Shown here in pieces: positions 52,611 to 63,361 of a DNA stretch of 64,000 bases; position 1 is the stretch's first letter, and each line of letters starts with the position of its first letter. The stretch is taken from assembly GCA_035533475.1 (NCBI GenBank), contig DATLTS010000048.1:52308-116307 (forward strand), in the 5' to 3' direction. Made by a program: the position numbers and the translations under genes. This DNA comes from Mycobacteriales bacterium (lineage in GTDB: Bacteria; Actinomycetota; Actinomycetes; DATLTS01). The notes under the pieces are model-generated. The model was not told the origin of the DNA. It saw nothing but the letters and a program-made list of their open reading frames with translations, and searched no databases.

Positions 52611-54356
52611 TCAGTCGGCGATCTCGCAGATCAGCGCCCCGCTCTGCACCACATCGCCGAGGCCGGCGGCGAGGTTCTTCACGGTGCCCGCCTTGTGGGC
52701 GGTCAGCGGCTGCTCCATCTTCATCGCCTCGAGGACTACCACCAGCTCCCCGGCGGCGACCTCCTGCCCCTCCTCGACGGCGACCTTCACGATGGTCCCC
52801 TGCATCGGGCTGGTCAGCCCGGCCCCGGTCGCGGCGGCTGGGCCGGCGGGCCCTCGTCGGCGCACTGGTGCGGCGGGCTTCGGCCCCGACCGGGTGCCCG
52901 CCAGACCAGCCGGAACGGATACCTCGAGTCGCCGCCCGTTCACCTCAACGGTCACCCGTTCGCGCTCGACCGGCTCGGTCAGCGGGGCGGAGGTGGTCCC
53001 GGCGAACGGTTCGACGGTGTTCGCGAACTCGGTCTCGATCCACCGGTTGTGCACGCGGAAGGGGGCGTCGGTGAAGGCGGGATCCCGCACGACGAGCCGG
53101 TGGAACGGCAGCGCGGTCGCCATGCCCTCGACCACGAACTCGTCGAGCGCGCGGCGGCTCCGTTCGAGGGCCTGCTCCCGATCGGCCCCGGTGACGATGA
53201 GCTTGCCCAGCAGCGAGTCGAAGTTCTGCCCAATTACGCTGCCGGCCTCGACCCCCGAGTCCATCCGGACTCCGGGCCCGGCCGGCGGTCGCCAGACGGT
53301 CACCTCGCCCGGGGTGGGCAGGAAGTTTCGCCCGGCGTCCTCGCCATTGATCCGAAATTCGAAGGCGTGCCCGCGTGGCTGCGGGTCGACGGATTCCAGA
53401 TGCTGCCCATCCGCGATCGCGAACATCGCACGGACCAGGTCGACCCCGCTCGTCTCCTCGGTCACCGGGTGTTCGACCTGCAGCCGGGTGTTGACCTCGA
53501 GGAAGGAGATGGTCCCGTCCTGGCCGACGAGGAACTCGCAGGTCCCGGCCCCGACATAGCCGGCCTCGGACACGATCGCCCGACTGGCGGAGTACAGCGT
53601 CTCGATCTGCCCTTCCCCGAGGAACGGTGCGGGAGCCTCCTCGACCAGCTTCTGGTACCGCCGCTGGAGGGAGCAGTCCCGGGTGCCGACTACGACCACA
53701 TTGCCGTGGCTGTCGGCGAGGATCTGAGTCTCGACGTGGCGGGGCCGGTCGAGGTAGCGCTCGACGAAGCACTCGCCCCGGCCGAACGCCGCCGTCGCTT
53801 CGCGGACCGCGGAGTCGTAGAGCTCGCTGATCTCGGCCATGTCCCGGGCCACCTTGAGCCCACGGCCACCACCCCCGAAGGCCGCTTTGATCGCGACCGG
53901 CAGCCCGAACTCCCGGGCGAAAGCGAGTACCTCCTCGGCGCCGGTCACCGGGTCGGCGGTGCCGGGCGCGAGCGGCGCCCCCACCTTGGTCGCGATGTGC
54001 CGGGCTCGAACCTTGTCGCCGAGTTCCCGGATCGCCGCCGGTGGGGGGCCGATCCAGGTGAGGCCGGCGTCGAGCACGGCCTGGGCGAACTCGGCGTTCT
54101 CGGCGAGGAACCCGTACCCGGGGTGGACCGCGTCGGCCCCGCCCCGCCGGGCGGCGTCGAGGAGCTTGGCCGCGTCCAGATAACTCTCCGCCGCGGTGTC
54201 GCCACCGAGTGCGAAGGCGTCATCGGCCAGGCGTACGTGCAGCGCCTCCCGGTCGGGGTCGGCGTAGACCGCGACGCTGCCGAGGCCGGCGTCCCGGCAG
54301 GCTCGGATCACCCGCACCGCGATCTCCCCGCGGTTTGCGATGAGCACCTTGCGCAC
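52611..54356 (-). CDS. accA3: acyl-CoA carboxylase alpha subunit (biotin carboxylase plus BCCP)
   Basis: 581 aa. It has [15 protein letters not shown], an ATP-grasp domain, and a C-terminal biotinyl motif EAMKME. Confidence 0.94.
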   Translation of the reverse strand: MRKVLIANRGEIAVRVIRACRDAGLGSVAVYADPDREALHVRLADDAFALGGDTAAESYLDAAKLLDAARRGGADAVHPGYGFLAENAEFAQAVLDAGLTWIGPPPAAIRELGDKVRARHIATKVGAPLAPGTADPVTGAEEVLAFAREFGLPVAIKAAFGGGGRGLKVARDMAEISELYDSAVREATAAFGRGECFVERYLDRPRHVETQILADSHGNVVVVGTRDCSLQRRYQKLVEEAPAPFLGEGQIETLYSASRAIVSEAGYVGAGTCEFLVGQDGTISFLEVNTRLQVEHPVTEETSGVDLVRAMFAIADGQHLESVDPQPRGHAFEFRINGEDAGRNFLPTPGEVTVWRPPAGPGVRMDSGVEAGSVIGQNFDSLLGKLIVTGADREQALERSRRALDEFVVEGMATALPFHRLVVRDPAFTDAPFRVHNRWIETEFANTVEPFAGTTSAPLTEPVERERVTVEVNGRRLEVSVPAGLAGTRSGPKPAAPVRRRGPAGPAAATGAGLTSPMQGTIVKVAVEEGQEVAAGELVVVLEAMKMEQPLTAHKAGTVKNLAAGLGDVVQSGALICEIAD

Positions 54357-54421
54357 GCGAATCTCCCGTCCCGACGCCGTCGCCGAGTCTAGGCGAGCCT
54401 GCTACGTCCTCCGGCCGACGG

Positions 54422-55600
54422 TTGCGCCATGCTGTGCCGGTGACCGTTCCGTTCGCGAACTACCAGAACGACATCTACCTGCGCGGCCTCGGCGGGGAAC
54501 GGCCGGAGATCCCGACCAACCTCGACCGGCTCGAACCCCTGGCCGCCGAGCGGCTCGCCCCCGGGCCGTTCGGTTACGTCGCGGGCGGAGCCGGGACCGA
54601 AGCCACCGTCCGGGCCAACCGGGACGCATTCGACCGGTGGCGGCTCGTCCCCCGGGTGCTCCGCGATGTTGCGGTCCGGGAGTTGTCCCGCAACGTGCTC
54701 GGCACGCCGCTGGCGGCGCCGATCCTGCTCGGGCCGGTCGGGGTGCAGTCCATCCTGCACCCGGACGGTGAGCTTGCCACCGCGCGGGCGGCAGCCGAGG
54801 TCGGAATCCCGATGGTGCTCTCGACCGCATCGTCGCGGACCCTCGAGGACGTGGCGGCCGCGCTCGGTGACACCCCGCGCTGGTTCCAGCTGTACTGGCC
54901 CAAGCAGCGGGAGGTCACGCTCAGCCTGCTGGCCCGAGCCGGCGCCGCCGGCTACCAGGTGCTCCTCGTCACCCTCGACACCAGGCTGCTCGCCTGGCGT
55001 CCGCGCGATCTCGACCTCGCCTATCTGCCCTTCCTGCAGAGCGAGGGGATCGCCAACTACCTGTCCGACCCCGCATTCCGCGCGGGGCTGGCGAAATCCC
55101 CCGAGGAGGACCCCGGCGCCGCGGTCCTGCACTTCCTCGCCATGTTCAACGACCCGACGACTAGCTGGAGCGACCTCGCCTTCCTGCGGGATCACTGGTC
55201 CGGGCCGATCGTGCTCAAGGGTGTGCTGCACCCGGACGACGCGCGGCAGGCGCTCGACGTGGGGATGGACGGCGTGGTCGTGTCCAACCACGGTGGGCGG
55301 CAGGTCGACGGCGCCGTCGGGTCGCTCGACGCGCTGCCCGCCGTGGTGGATGCGGTTGCGGGGCGCGCGGCGGTCTTACTCGACAGTGGGGTGCGCAGCG
55401 GCGCCGACGTCATCAAGGCACTCGCGCTCGGTGCGGACGCCGTGCTGATCGGCCGCCCCTACGCCTACGGGCTGGCCCTGGCCGGCGAGGCCGGCGTGGC
55501 CCACGTCATTCGGTCGCTGCTCGCGGATCTCGACCTGACCCTCGCGCTGTGCGGATGCGCCGGTATCGCCGAGCTGGACCGCGGGATCCTCACCGGGTGA
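54422..55600 (+). CDS. FMN-dependent alpha-hydroxy-acid oxidising enzyme (L-lactate dehydrogenase / lactate 2-monooxygenase-like)
   Basis: 392 aa. It has FQLYW, VVSNHGGRQVDG and LDSGVRSGADV. The start could be TTG 54422, GTG 54434 or GTG 54440. Confidence 0.88.
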   Translation: MRHAVPVTVPFANYQNDIYLRGLGGERPEIPTNLDRLEPLAAERLAPGPFGYVAGGAGTEATVRANRDAFDRWRLVPRVLRDVAVRELSRNVLGTPLAAPILLGPVGVQSILHPDGELATARAAAEVGIPMVLSTASSRTLEDVAAALGDTPRWFQLYWPKQREVTLSLLARAGAAGYQVLLVTLDTRLLAWRPRDLDLAYLPFLQSEGIANYLSDPAFRAGLAKSPEEDPGAAVLHFLAMFNDPTTSWSDLAFLRDHWSGPIVLKGVLHPDDARQALDVGMDGVVVSNHGGRQVDGAVGSLDALPAVVDAVAGRAAVLLDSGVRSGADVIKALALGADAVLIGRPYAYGLALAGEAGVAHVIRSLLADLDLTLALCGCAGIAELDRGILTG

Positions 55601-55707
55601 CCCCGGTCCCCGGACAGCGGCGAGAGCCCCTCCGGAGTGGGGCTGCCGCTCCGGGCCGGTTCGGCAGCCCCCGGCAGGGTGGCGCGGGGCGGGCCGTGGG
55701 CGTCGCT

Positions 55708-55740
55708 GCCGGGGAGCAGCCGGGGAGCAGCCGGCGAGCA
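55708..55740. repeat. 11-bp x3 tandem repeat (GCCGGGGAGCA, GCCGGGGAGCA, GCCGGCGAGCA) in a 250-nt unassigned gap
   Basis: Read directly. Confidence 0.95.
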
Positions 55741-55851
55741 GATCGAGCGCCAAGGCCACGATCAGGTTGTTGCGGGCGCGCACGAGGGTCCCTGAGGTGG
55801 TGGGTAGGGTTCCCGGCGCGCCTATGGCCGGTCGCGGTGCCGGACACCCAC

Positions 55852-56090
55852 CTACCAAGCGGCTCGGGTCCGCGATCCCCTGACGCGGCCCGCGGCGACC
55901 CAGGAGCCCGGCCCGACGGTGACCGGGGCACGGACGGCGGCTTGCGGGTCGGACCAACCCCCGACCGGATCGGGTTCCACCGTCGCCGTCTCCGCGGCGC
56001 TAACCGCGATCACCATGACGAGCGCGGCCACCTCGTCGTCGGTCGGATTGCCGCGCACGACGGTGAGGATCGCCGGCTGCTCGGGCGTCG

Positions 56091-56094
<4 letters not shown>
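55852..56094 (-). CDS. accE5: acyl-CoA carboxylase epsilon subunit
   Basis: 80 aa. [19 protein letters not shown] is the typical AccE N-terminus. It overlaps the stop of the beta subunit by 4 nt. Confidence 0.75.
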
Positions 56095-57692
<1,598 letters not shown>

Positions 57693-57707
57693 GGTGCACC
57701 TCCGTCG

Positions 57708-57720
57708 CCGTACTGTACGG
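57708..57720. repeat. 13-bp palindrome CCGTAC-T-GTACGG in the 32-nt accD5/birA divergent spacer (function unknown)
   Basis: Read directly. The arms are perfectly complementary around a central T. Confidence 0.9.
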
Positions 57721-57724
57721 GGAC

Positions 57725-58510
57725 GTGAACGCCCACCGTTCCGACCTCGACGCGGCGCGGCTTGCCGCGGGCGTCGCTCCGCCTTGGCGGTCTCCGGTCG
57801 TCCTCGACGAGATCGACTCGACGAACCGGACAGCCGTCGCCGCGGCCCGCGCCGGCGAGCCGGAGGGCCTCGTTGTCATCGCCGATCGGCAGACCGCCGG
57901 CCGCGGCCGGCTCGGTCGTCGCTGGCTCAGCCCGGCGGGCGCCGGGATCGCCGTGTCGGTCGTGTTGCGCCCCTCGGTGCCCGACGACCGGCTCGGCTGG
58001 CTGCCCCTGCTCGCCGGCCTGTCGGTCCAGGCCGCGGTGGCCCGATGCACCGGTCTCCCGCTGGCACTCAAGTGGCCCAACGACGTGTACGGGTCCCGGG
58101 GCAAGCTGGCGGGGCTGCTGTCCGAGCGCGTGGCCGGTGGGGCCGTCGTCGTCGGTGTCGGGCTCAACGTCCACGACCTCGCCGGGTTGCCGGAAGGGGC
58201 CACCTCGGTGGCCGCCGAGGGCGTCGACGGCGACCGGACGGCGCTGCTGCTCGCCGTCCTGGACGAGCTTGGAACGCGGTATGGCGCGTGGGTCGCGTCC
58301 GGCGGCGCGCCGGAGGCGGTCCGGCCGGACTACCGAGCGGTGTGCCGGACAATCGGGGCGGCGGTGCGGGTCGAGCTCCCCGGGGGCGGCGTGGTGGTCG
58401 GAGATGCGGTCGACGTCGATGGCCTCGGCCGTCTCGTCGTCCTGGACGGCTCCGGGCAGCCGCACCACCTCGCCAGCGGAGACGTCGTCCACGTCCGGCC
58501 GGCGGGCTGA
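57725..58510 (+). CDS. birA: biotin--[acetyl-CoA-carboxylase] ligase, class I (no N-terminal HTH)
   Basis: 261 aa. It has DSTN and GRGRLGRRW motifs. The catalytic motif begins near aa 57, so there is no room for a winged-helix DNA-binding domain. Confidence 0.9.
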   Translation: MNAHRSDLDAARLAAGVAPPWRSPVVLDEIDSTNRTAVAAARAGEPEGLVVIADRQTAGRGRLGRRWLSPAGAGIAVSVVLRPSVPDDRLGWLPLLAGLSVQAAVARCTGLPLALKWPNDVYGSRGKLAGLLSERVAGGAVVVGVGLNVHDLAGLPEGATSVAAEGVDGDRTALLLAVLDELGTRYGAWVASGGAPEAVRPDYRAVCRTIGAAVRVELPGGGVVVGDAVDVDGLGRLVVLDGSGQPHHLASGDVVHVRPAG

Positions 58511-58511
58511 G

Positions 58512-59027
58512 ATGCGGGCCGGCCTGGTCAGCGGCGAGGAGATCGTCCTCGACCTGCGTCCGCACCCGCGCCGGCTGGCCGGCCCGGCCGCCCTCGTTCC
58601 GGTTGTCGTCGGGCTGGCCGCCTACGGCCTCGCGGCGATGCCCGCCGGGCGCCTTCGGTCCGCGGAACGCATCTCCGTCCTGCTCGTCGCCGTGCTCGTC
58701 CTCGCATTCGGGTCCCTGCGCCCATGGCTGCGCTGGCGTGGCACCCGGCTCCTCGTGACCAACCGGCGCGTACTGGTCCGGGTCAGCGTCCTGTCCCGGC
58801 GTGGCCGCGACATCCCATTGGCGAGAATCAGCGACGTGTCCTTCCAACAGCGCCTGGTGGAACGGATCTGGCGCTCCGGCACGCTGGTCGTAGACACCAC
58901 CGGCGAAGCCGGCCGGGTGGTGGTGACCGACGTGCCGCGAGTCGAGTCGGTGCACACCACGTTGCTCGAGTTGCTGGAGAGCCGGCTCGGCGCCCGGGTC
59001 ACCGAATCCGGCGAGGTGCCCAGGTGA
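58512..59027 (+). CDS. bacterial PH-domain (bPH_2/DUF304, YdbS-like) membrane protein
   Basis: ATG 58512 lies 1 nt after the birA stop. It is 171 aa. GEEIVLDLRPHP is followed by two TM helices and TNRRVLVR...IPLARISDV. Confidence 0.75.
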   Translation: MRAGLVSGEEIVLDLRPHPRRLAGPAALVPVVVGLAAYGLAAMPAGRLRSAERISVLLVAVLVLAFGSLRPWLRWRGTRLLVTNRRVLVRVSVLSRRGRDIPLARISDVSFQQRLVERIWRSGTLVVDTTGEAGRVVVTDVPRVESVHTTLLELLESRLGARVTESGEVPR

Positions 59028-60007
59028 CCAAGCCGGCCCGCGAGATCGGCCCGGCCGAGCTGGAAAGCGCCCTGCTCGGCGGCGAGCGGCGCTACACCCG
59101 CCAGCAGGTTGCGGAGATCACCGGGGTTGCCCCGCCGGAGAGCCGGCGGTTGTGGCGGGCGATGGGTTTCGCCGACGTCGAGGATGACGCGGTCGTCTTC
59201 ACCGACGGCGACATCGATGCCCTGCGGACAGTGCTCGAGCTGTCCGAGGACAACCTCATCGACGAGCGGACCCGGATCGCAATGACCCGGGCGCTCGGCC
59301 AGTCGCTGGCGCGACTCGCCGACTGGCAGCTCGGCGAGCTCGATGTGCTGCTCAACGAGCGTGCCGAGCCGCCGAGCGCCGAACAAGCGCTCGCCATTGC
59401 CCAGCGGCTCGTCCCGATCATGGAGCGGCTGCTCGTCTACGTCTGGCGGCGCAAGCTCGCGGCCGCGGCGGGCCGGGCGCTGGCTGCCTCCACCGACGAG
59501 CTGTCCCCCGGCCAGCTGGTGGTCGGCTTCGCCGATCTGGTCGGCTTCACGGACGTGACCCGCCAGTTGGACGAGGACGGGCTGGCGGTGCTCGTCGATC
59601 GGTTCGAGAGCGTCAGCTCGGACGTCGTCGCCCAGATCGGTGGCCGCATCGTCAAGACCGTCGGCGACGAGGTGCTCTTCGTGACCGACGACCCAGCAGC
59701 CGCCGCCGAGATCGCGTTGCGGCTAGTGGAGGAGATGGCGGCCGATCCGGTACTCCCGCCGGTCCGGGCCGGCCTGGCCAGGGGGACCGTCTTGACCAGG
59801 CTCGGGGACGTCTACGGCTCGGTGGTGAACATCGCCAGTCGCCTGACGTCGCTGGCTCGGTCCGATACGGTCCTCGTCGATCTGGAGCTGGCTGCGGCGC
59901 TGGCCGACGACGAGCGGTTCGACCTGCGACCCATGCGACGCCGGTCGGTCGGCGGTTACGAGCACCTGGCGCCGACCCGGCTGCGCCGCCGCCCGGCAGC
60001 GCCATGA
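59024..60007 (+). CDS. class III adenylate/guanylate cyclase with a MerR-like N-terminal region
   Basis: GTG 59024 overlaps the preceding stop. The cyclase core has VVGFADLVGFT (metal Asp), KTVGDEVLFV (second Asp) and GSVVNIASRL (Asn/Arg). N-terminal aa 20-75, RYTRQQVAEITGVAPPESRRLWRAMGF, follow a MerR-HTH-like pattern. Confidence 0.85.
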   Translation: MTKPAREIGPAELESALLGGERRYTRQQVAEITGVAPPESRRLWRAMGFADVEDDAVVFTDGDIDALRTVLELSEDNLIDERTRIAMTRALGQSLARLADWQLGELDVLLNERAEPPSAEQALAIAQRLVPIMERLLVYVWRRKLAAAAGRALAASTDELSPGQLVVGFADLVGFTDVTRQLDEDGLAVLVDRFESVSSDVVAQIGGRIVKTVGDEVLFVTDDPAAAAEIALRLVEEMAADPVLPPVRAGLARGTVLTRLGDVYGSVVNIASRLTSLARSDTVLVDLELAAALADDERFDLRPMRRRSVGGYEHLAPTRLRRRPAAP

Positions 60008-60089
60008 CGAACCGGTGGCCGCGGCGCCGGTAGCCTCCAGCTGTGACCGGCGCTGGCAGACCGACGATGCAGACGGGTCGGGGCGCGGC

Positions 60090-61022
60090 GTGAGCGAGCT
60101 TCCCGCGTCGATCAGCCTGCGCGAGGTCGGGCCGCGCGACGGCCTGCAGAACGAGGACCCGGTGCCGACCGAGGCGAAGGTTCGGCTCATCGACGCGCTG
60201 TCCCGGACCGGGGTTCGGCGGATCGAGGCGGTTTCCTTCGTCCACCCGGGCGCGGTTCCGCAGATGGCCGATGCCGACGCGGTCTGGCAGGCGATCCGTC
60301 GGGATCCGCTGGTCCGGTACTCCGCTTTGGTCCCGAACCTGCGGGGAGCGGTCCGCGCGCTCGCGGCCGGTGTCGCGGAAATCGAGGCGGTCGTGTCGGC
60401 CTCCGACGTGCACAACCGGCGCAATCTGCGGCGCAGCACAGCGGAGACGCTGGACGAGATCGCCGAGCTGATCGCCCTGGCCCACGCGAGCGGCGTGACC
60501 TGCCAGGTCATCGTCGCTACCGCATTCGGATCCCCCTACGAAGGTGACGTGCCGGTCGATCGGGTCGTCGCGACCGCCGGCCGGGCCGTCGCGGACGGGG
60601 CGGACAGCGTCTCCTTCGGCGACACCACCGGGATGGGGACACCGGGCCGGGTGTCCCGGGTGGTGGGCGAGTTCCGCAGCTCGCACCCGCAGGTTCCGGT
60701 GAACCTGCACTTCCACAACACGCGGGGGACCGGACTGGCCAACGTCCTGGCCGCGCTGGAGTTGGGGGTAGACGACTTCGACGCCTCCGTCGGCGGCCTC
60801 GGCGGATGTCCTTACGCCCCGGGAGCCAGCGGAAACATCGCGACCGAGGAGCTCGTCAACATGGTCGAGGACATGGGGGTGGCCACCGGCGTCGACCTTG
60901 ACGCGATGATCGAGGCGGCGGCCGACGCCGAGCGGCTGGTCGGCCACCGATTGCCCAGCCAGGTGCTCCGGGCCGGGCCTCGTACGCGACTCACCCCGGT
61001 CGACATCGGAGTGGACGGGTGA
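60090..61022 (+). CDS. hmgL: hydroxymethylglutaryl-CoA lyase
   Basis: It has EVGPRDGLQNE and a DRE-TIM barrel, with GGLGGCPYAPGASGN. GTG 60090 is chosen as the start (the ORF is open from 60015). Confidence 0.9.
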   Translation: MSELPASISLREVGPRDGLQNEDPVPTEAKVRLIDALSRTGVRRIEAVSFVHPGAVPQMADADAVWQAIRRDPLVRYSALVPNLRGAVRALAAGVAEIEAVVSASDVHNRRNLRRSTAETLDEIAELIALAHASGVTCQVIVATAFGSPYEGDVPVDRVVATAGRAVADGADSVSFGDTTGMGTPGRVSRVVGEFRSSHPQVPVNLHFHNTRGTGLANVLAALELGVDDFDASVGGLGGCPYAPGASGNIATEELVNMVEDMGVATGVDLDAMIEAAADAERLVGHRLPSQVLRAGPRTRLTPVDIGVDG

Positions 61023-62581
61023 CTGACTCCCCGCCGCCGGCGCGGACCGACGACGCGCCTGGGCATCCGCACCTGCCGGATCTGCGGGCCGAGGTGGAAG
61101 GCGGCGGCGCGTCGAAATATCACCGGGCGAACAGCGAGAAGGGCAAGTTGTTCGCCCGCGAGCGGATCCGGCTGCTCGTGGACGACGGTACGTTCGTCGA
61201 GGATGGGCTGTTCGCGAACGTCCTCGCCGGCGATCTGCCGGCGGACGGCGTGGTTACCGGCACGGCCAGGGTGGCCGGCCGGTCTGTAGCCCTGATGGCC
61301 AACGATTCGACGGTCAAGGCCGGCTCGTGGGGGGCCCGGACGGTCGAGAAGATCATCCGGATTATCGAAGCCGCCTATCAGCGCGGCCTCCCGATGGTCT
61401 ATCTAGTCGACTCAGCCGGGGCCCGGATCACTGACCAGGTGGCGATGTTCCCCGGCCGGCGCGGCGCGGGGCGGATCTTTCACAGCCAGGTGCGGGCGTC
61501 CGGTTCGATCCCGCAGGTGTGCGCGCTGTTCGGTCCGTCGGCGGCTGGCGGCGCCTACATCCCGGCGTTCTGCGATCTGCTCGTCATGGTCGAGGGCAAT
61601 GCGTCGATGTACCTCGGTTCGGATCGCATGGTCGAGATGGTCATCGGGGAGAAGACCACGCTGGAGGAGATGGGTGGCGCCCGGATGCACTGTTCCGTCT
61701 CCGGCGTCGGTCACCTGCTGGTCGCTGACGAGCCGGCCGCGCTGGACGCGGTCCGGCGATTTCTGTCCTACCTCCCCTCGAACTACCTCGGGATGCCCCC
61801 GGCCGCGGATCCGGTCGCGCCGCGATCGGTCGACCTCCGCGCGCTCGTCCCGCTCAACGAGCGGCAGGCCTACGACATGCGGCGTTTCGTCGCCGGCCTG
61901 GTCGACGACCGGACGTTCTTCGAGATCCACCCGTTGTGGGCCCGGGAGGTCGTCGTCGGCTTCGCCCGGCTGGACGGCCAGGTCCTCGGCATCGTGGCGA
62001 ACAACCCGCTGCACAAGGGCGGCGTGCTCTTCGTCGATTCCGCCGACAAGGCGACCCGCTTCATCGACCTGTGTGACGCGTTCAACGTGCCGCTGCTGTT
62101 CCTGTCGGATGTACCGGGCTTCATGGTCGGAACCGCGGTGGAGCGCCAGGGAATCATCCGCCACGGCGCGAAGCTGATTTCGGCCGTGTCCGAAGCGACG
62201 GTGCCCCGCATCTGTGTCGTGGTGCGCAAGGCGTACGGGGCGGGTCTCTACGCGATGAGCGGCCCCGGATTCGAGCCGGACGCGACCATAGCGCTGCCTA
62301 CCGCGATGATCGCGGTCATGGGCGCCGAGGCGGCGGTCAATGCGGTGTACGCAAACAAGATCGCGGCCATCGAGGACGCGGCGGAGCGCCAGGCGTACGT
62401 CGAAAAGCTCCGTGCCGAATACAACGAGGACATCGATATCGTCCGGTTGGCGGCCGAGCTGGTTGTTGACGCCATCGTCGAGCCCGAGGCGCTCCGCGCC
62501 GAACTGATCCGTCGGTTCGCCGCCGGTCAGGGCAAGGATCGCTCGTTCTCCCGGCGCCGGCACGGCATCCGTCCGGTCTGA
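61019..62581 (+). CDS. accD1: acyl-CoA carboxylase beta subunit (methylcrotonyl-CoA-carboxylase/AccD1-like carboxyltransferase)
   Basis: 520 aa, with GTG overlapping the hmgL stop. It has KGKLFARERI, DSAGARI and FGPSAAGGAYIPA. Adjacency to hmgL and scoAB matches the Mtb accD1 neighbourhood, as I recall. Confidence 0.88.
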   Translation: MTDSPPPARTDDAPGHPHLPDLRAEVEGGGASKYHRANSEKGKLFARERIRLLVDDGTFVEDGLFANVLAGDLPADGVVTGTARVAGRSVALMANDSTVKAGSWGARTVEKIIRIIEAAYQRGLPMVYLVDSAGARITDQVAMFPGRRGAGRIFHSQVRASGSIPQVCALFGPSAAGGAYIPAFCDLLVMVEGNASMYLGSDRMVEMVIGEKTTLEEMGGARMHCSVSGVGHLLVADEPAALDAVRRFLSYLPSNYLGMPPAADPVAPRSVDLRALVPLNERQAYDMRRFVAGLVDDRTFFEIHPLWAREVVVGFARLDGQVLGIVANNPLHKGGVLFVDSADKATRFIDLCDAFNVPLLFLSDVPGFMVGTAVERQGIIRHGAKLISAVSEATVPRICVVVRKAYGAGLYAMSGPGFEPDATIALPTAMIAVMGAEAAVNAVYANKIAAIEDAAERQAYVEKLRAEYNEDIDIVRLAAELVVDAIVEPEALRAELIRRFAAGQGKDRSFSRRRHGIRPV

Positions 62582-62596
62582 GGAAGGGGCCCGGCA

Positions 62597-63361
62597 TTGA
62601 TCGACAAGGTGGTTGGCTCCGCGGCGGACGCGGTCGCGGACGTTTCCGACGGCGCCTCACTGGCCGTTGGCGGGTTCGGTTTGTGCGGTGTTCCCGAGGA
62701 GCTGATCGAGGCGCTGTACGCCTCCGGTGTGGCGGACCTGAGCGTCGTATCGAACAATTGCGGGGTCGACGAGTGGGGTCTCGGGATCCTTCTGCACGCC
62801 AAACGCATCGCCCGGATGACCAGCTCCTACGTCGGGGAGAACAAGGAGTTCGCCAGGCAGTACCTCTGCGGTGAGATCGAGGTCGAACTCACCCCGCAGG
62901 GGACCCTGGCCGAGCGGATGCGGGCGGGCGGAACCGGCATCCCGGCTTTTTTCACCGCGACCGGGGTCGGCACCCAGGTCGCCGAGGGCGGCCTGCCGTG
63001 GCGCTACGCCCCAGACGGCGCCGTCGCGAAGGCCAGTCCGCCGAAGGAGATCCGGCGGTTCGCCGATCGGGACTACGTCCTCGAGCACGCGATCACCACC
63101 GACTTCGCACTGGTTCGGGCGGCTGTCGGTGATCGGCACGGCAACCTGGTCTTCCATGAGAGTGCCCGCAACTTCAACCCGTTGTGCGCGATGGCCGGCC
63201 GGGTGACGATCGCCGAGGTCGAACGGCTGGTCGAGCCGGGCGAACTCGATGCTGACCGGGTGCACCTGCCCGGCATTTTCGTCCAGCGTCTCGTGGCGGT
63301 GACCGCGGCCGAGAAGCGGATCGAGCGCCGCACCACCCGACCGGCGGCAACGGCCCGATGA
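62597..63361 (+). CDS. scoA: 3-oxoacid CoA-transferase subunit A
   Basis: 254 aa, TTG start. It has [25 protein letters not shown] and SENG-type family motifs. Confidence 0.92.
   Translation: MIDKVVGSAADAVADVSDGASLAVGGFGLCGVPEELIEALYASGVADLSVVSNNCGVDEWGLGILLHAKRIARMTSSYVGENKEFARQYLCGEIEVELTPQGTLAERMRAGGTGIPAFFTATGVGTQVAEGGLPWRYAPDGAVAKASPPKEIRRFADRDYVLEHAITTDFALVRAAVGDRHGNLVFHESARNFNPLCAMAGRVTIAEVERLVEPGELDADRVHLPGIFVQRLVAVTAAEKRIERRTTRPAATAR

Noticed and set aside
55376-55801. Minus-strand frame starting at GTG (about 55801) and reading VRARNNLIVALALDLLAGCSPAAP..., which looks like a lipoprotein signal peptide with an LAGC lipobox.
   Set aside because: The 'lipobox' is encoded by the 11-bp tandem repeat itself. 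The h-region contains Asp, and everything after it is Arg/Pro-rich (RQRRPRPAPRHPAGG...). The frame only stays open by running 225 nt antisense into the lactate-oxidising gene. It is probably not a gene, though proteomics could overturn this.
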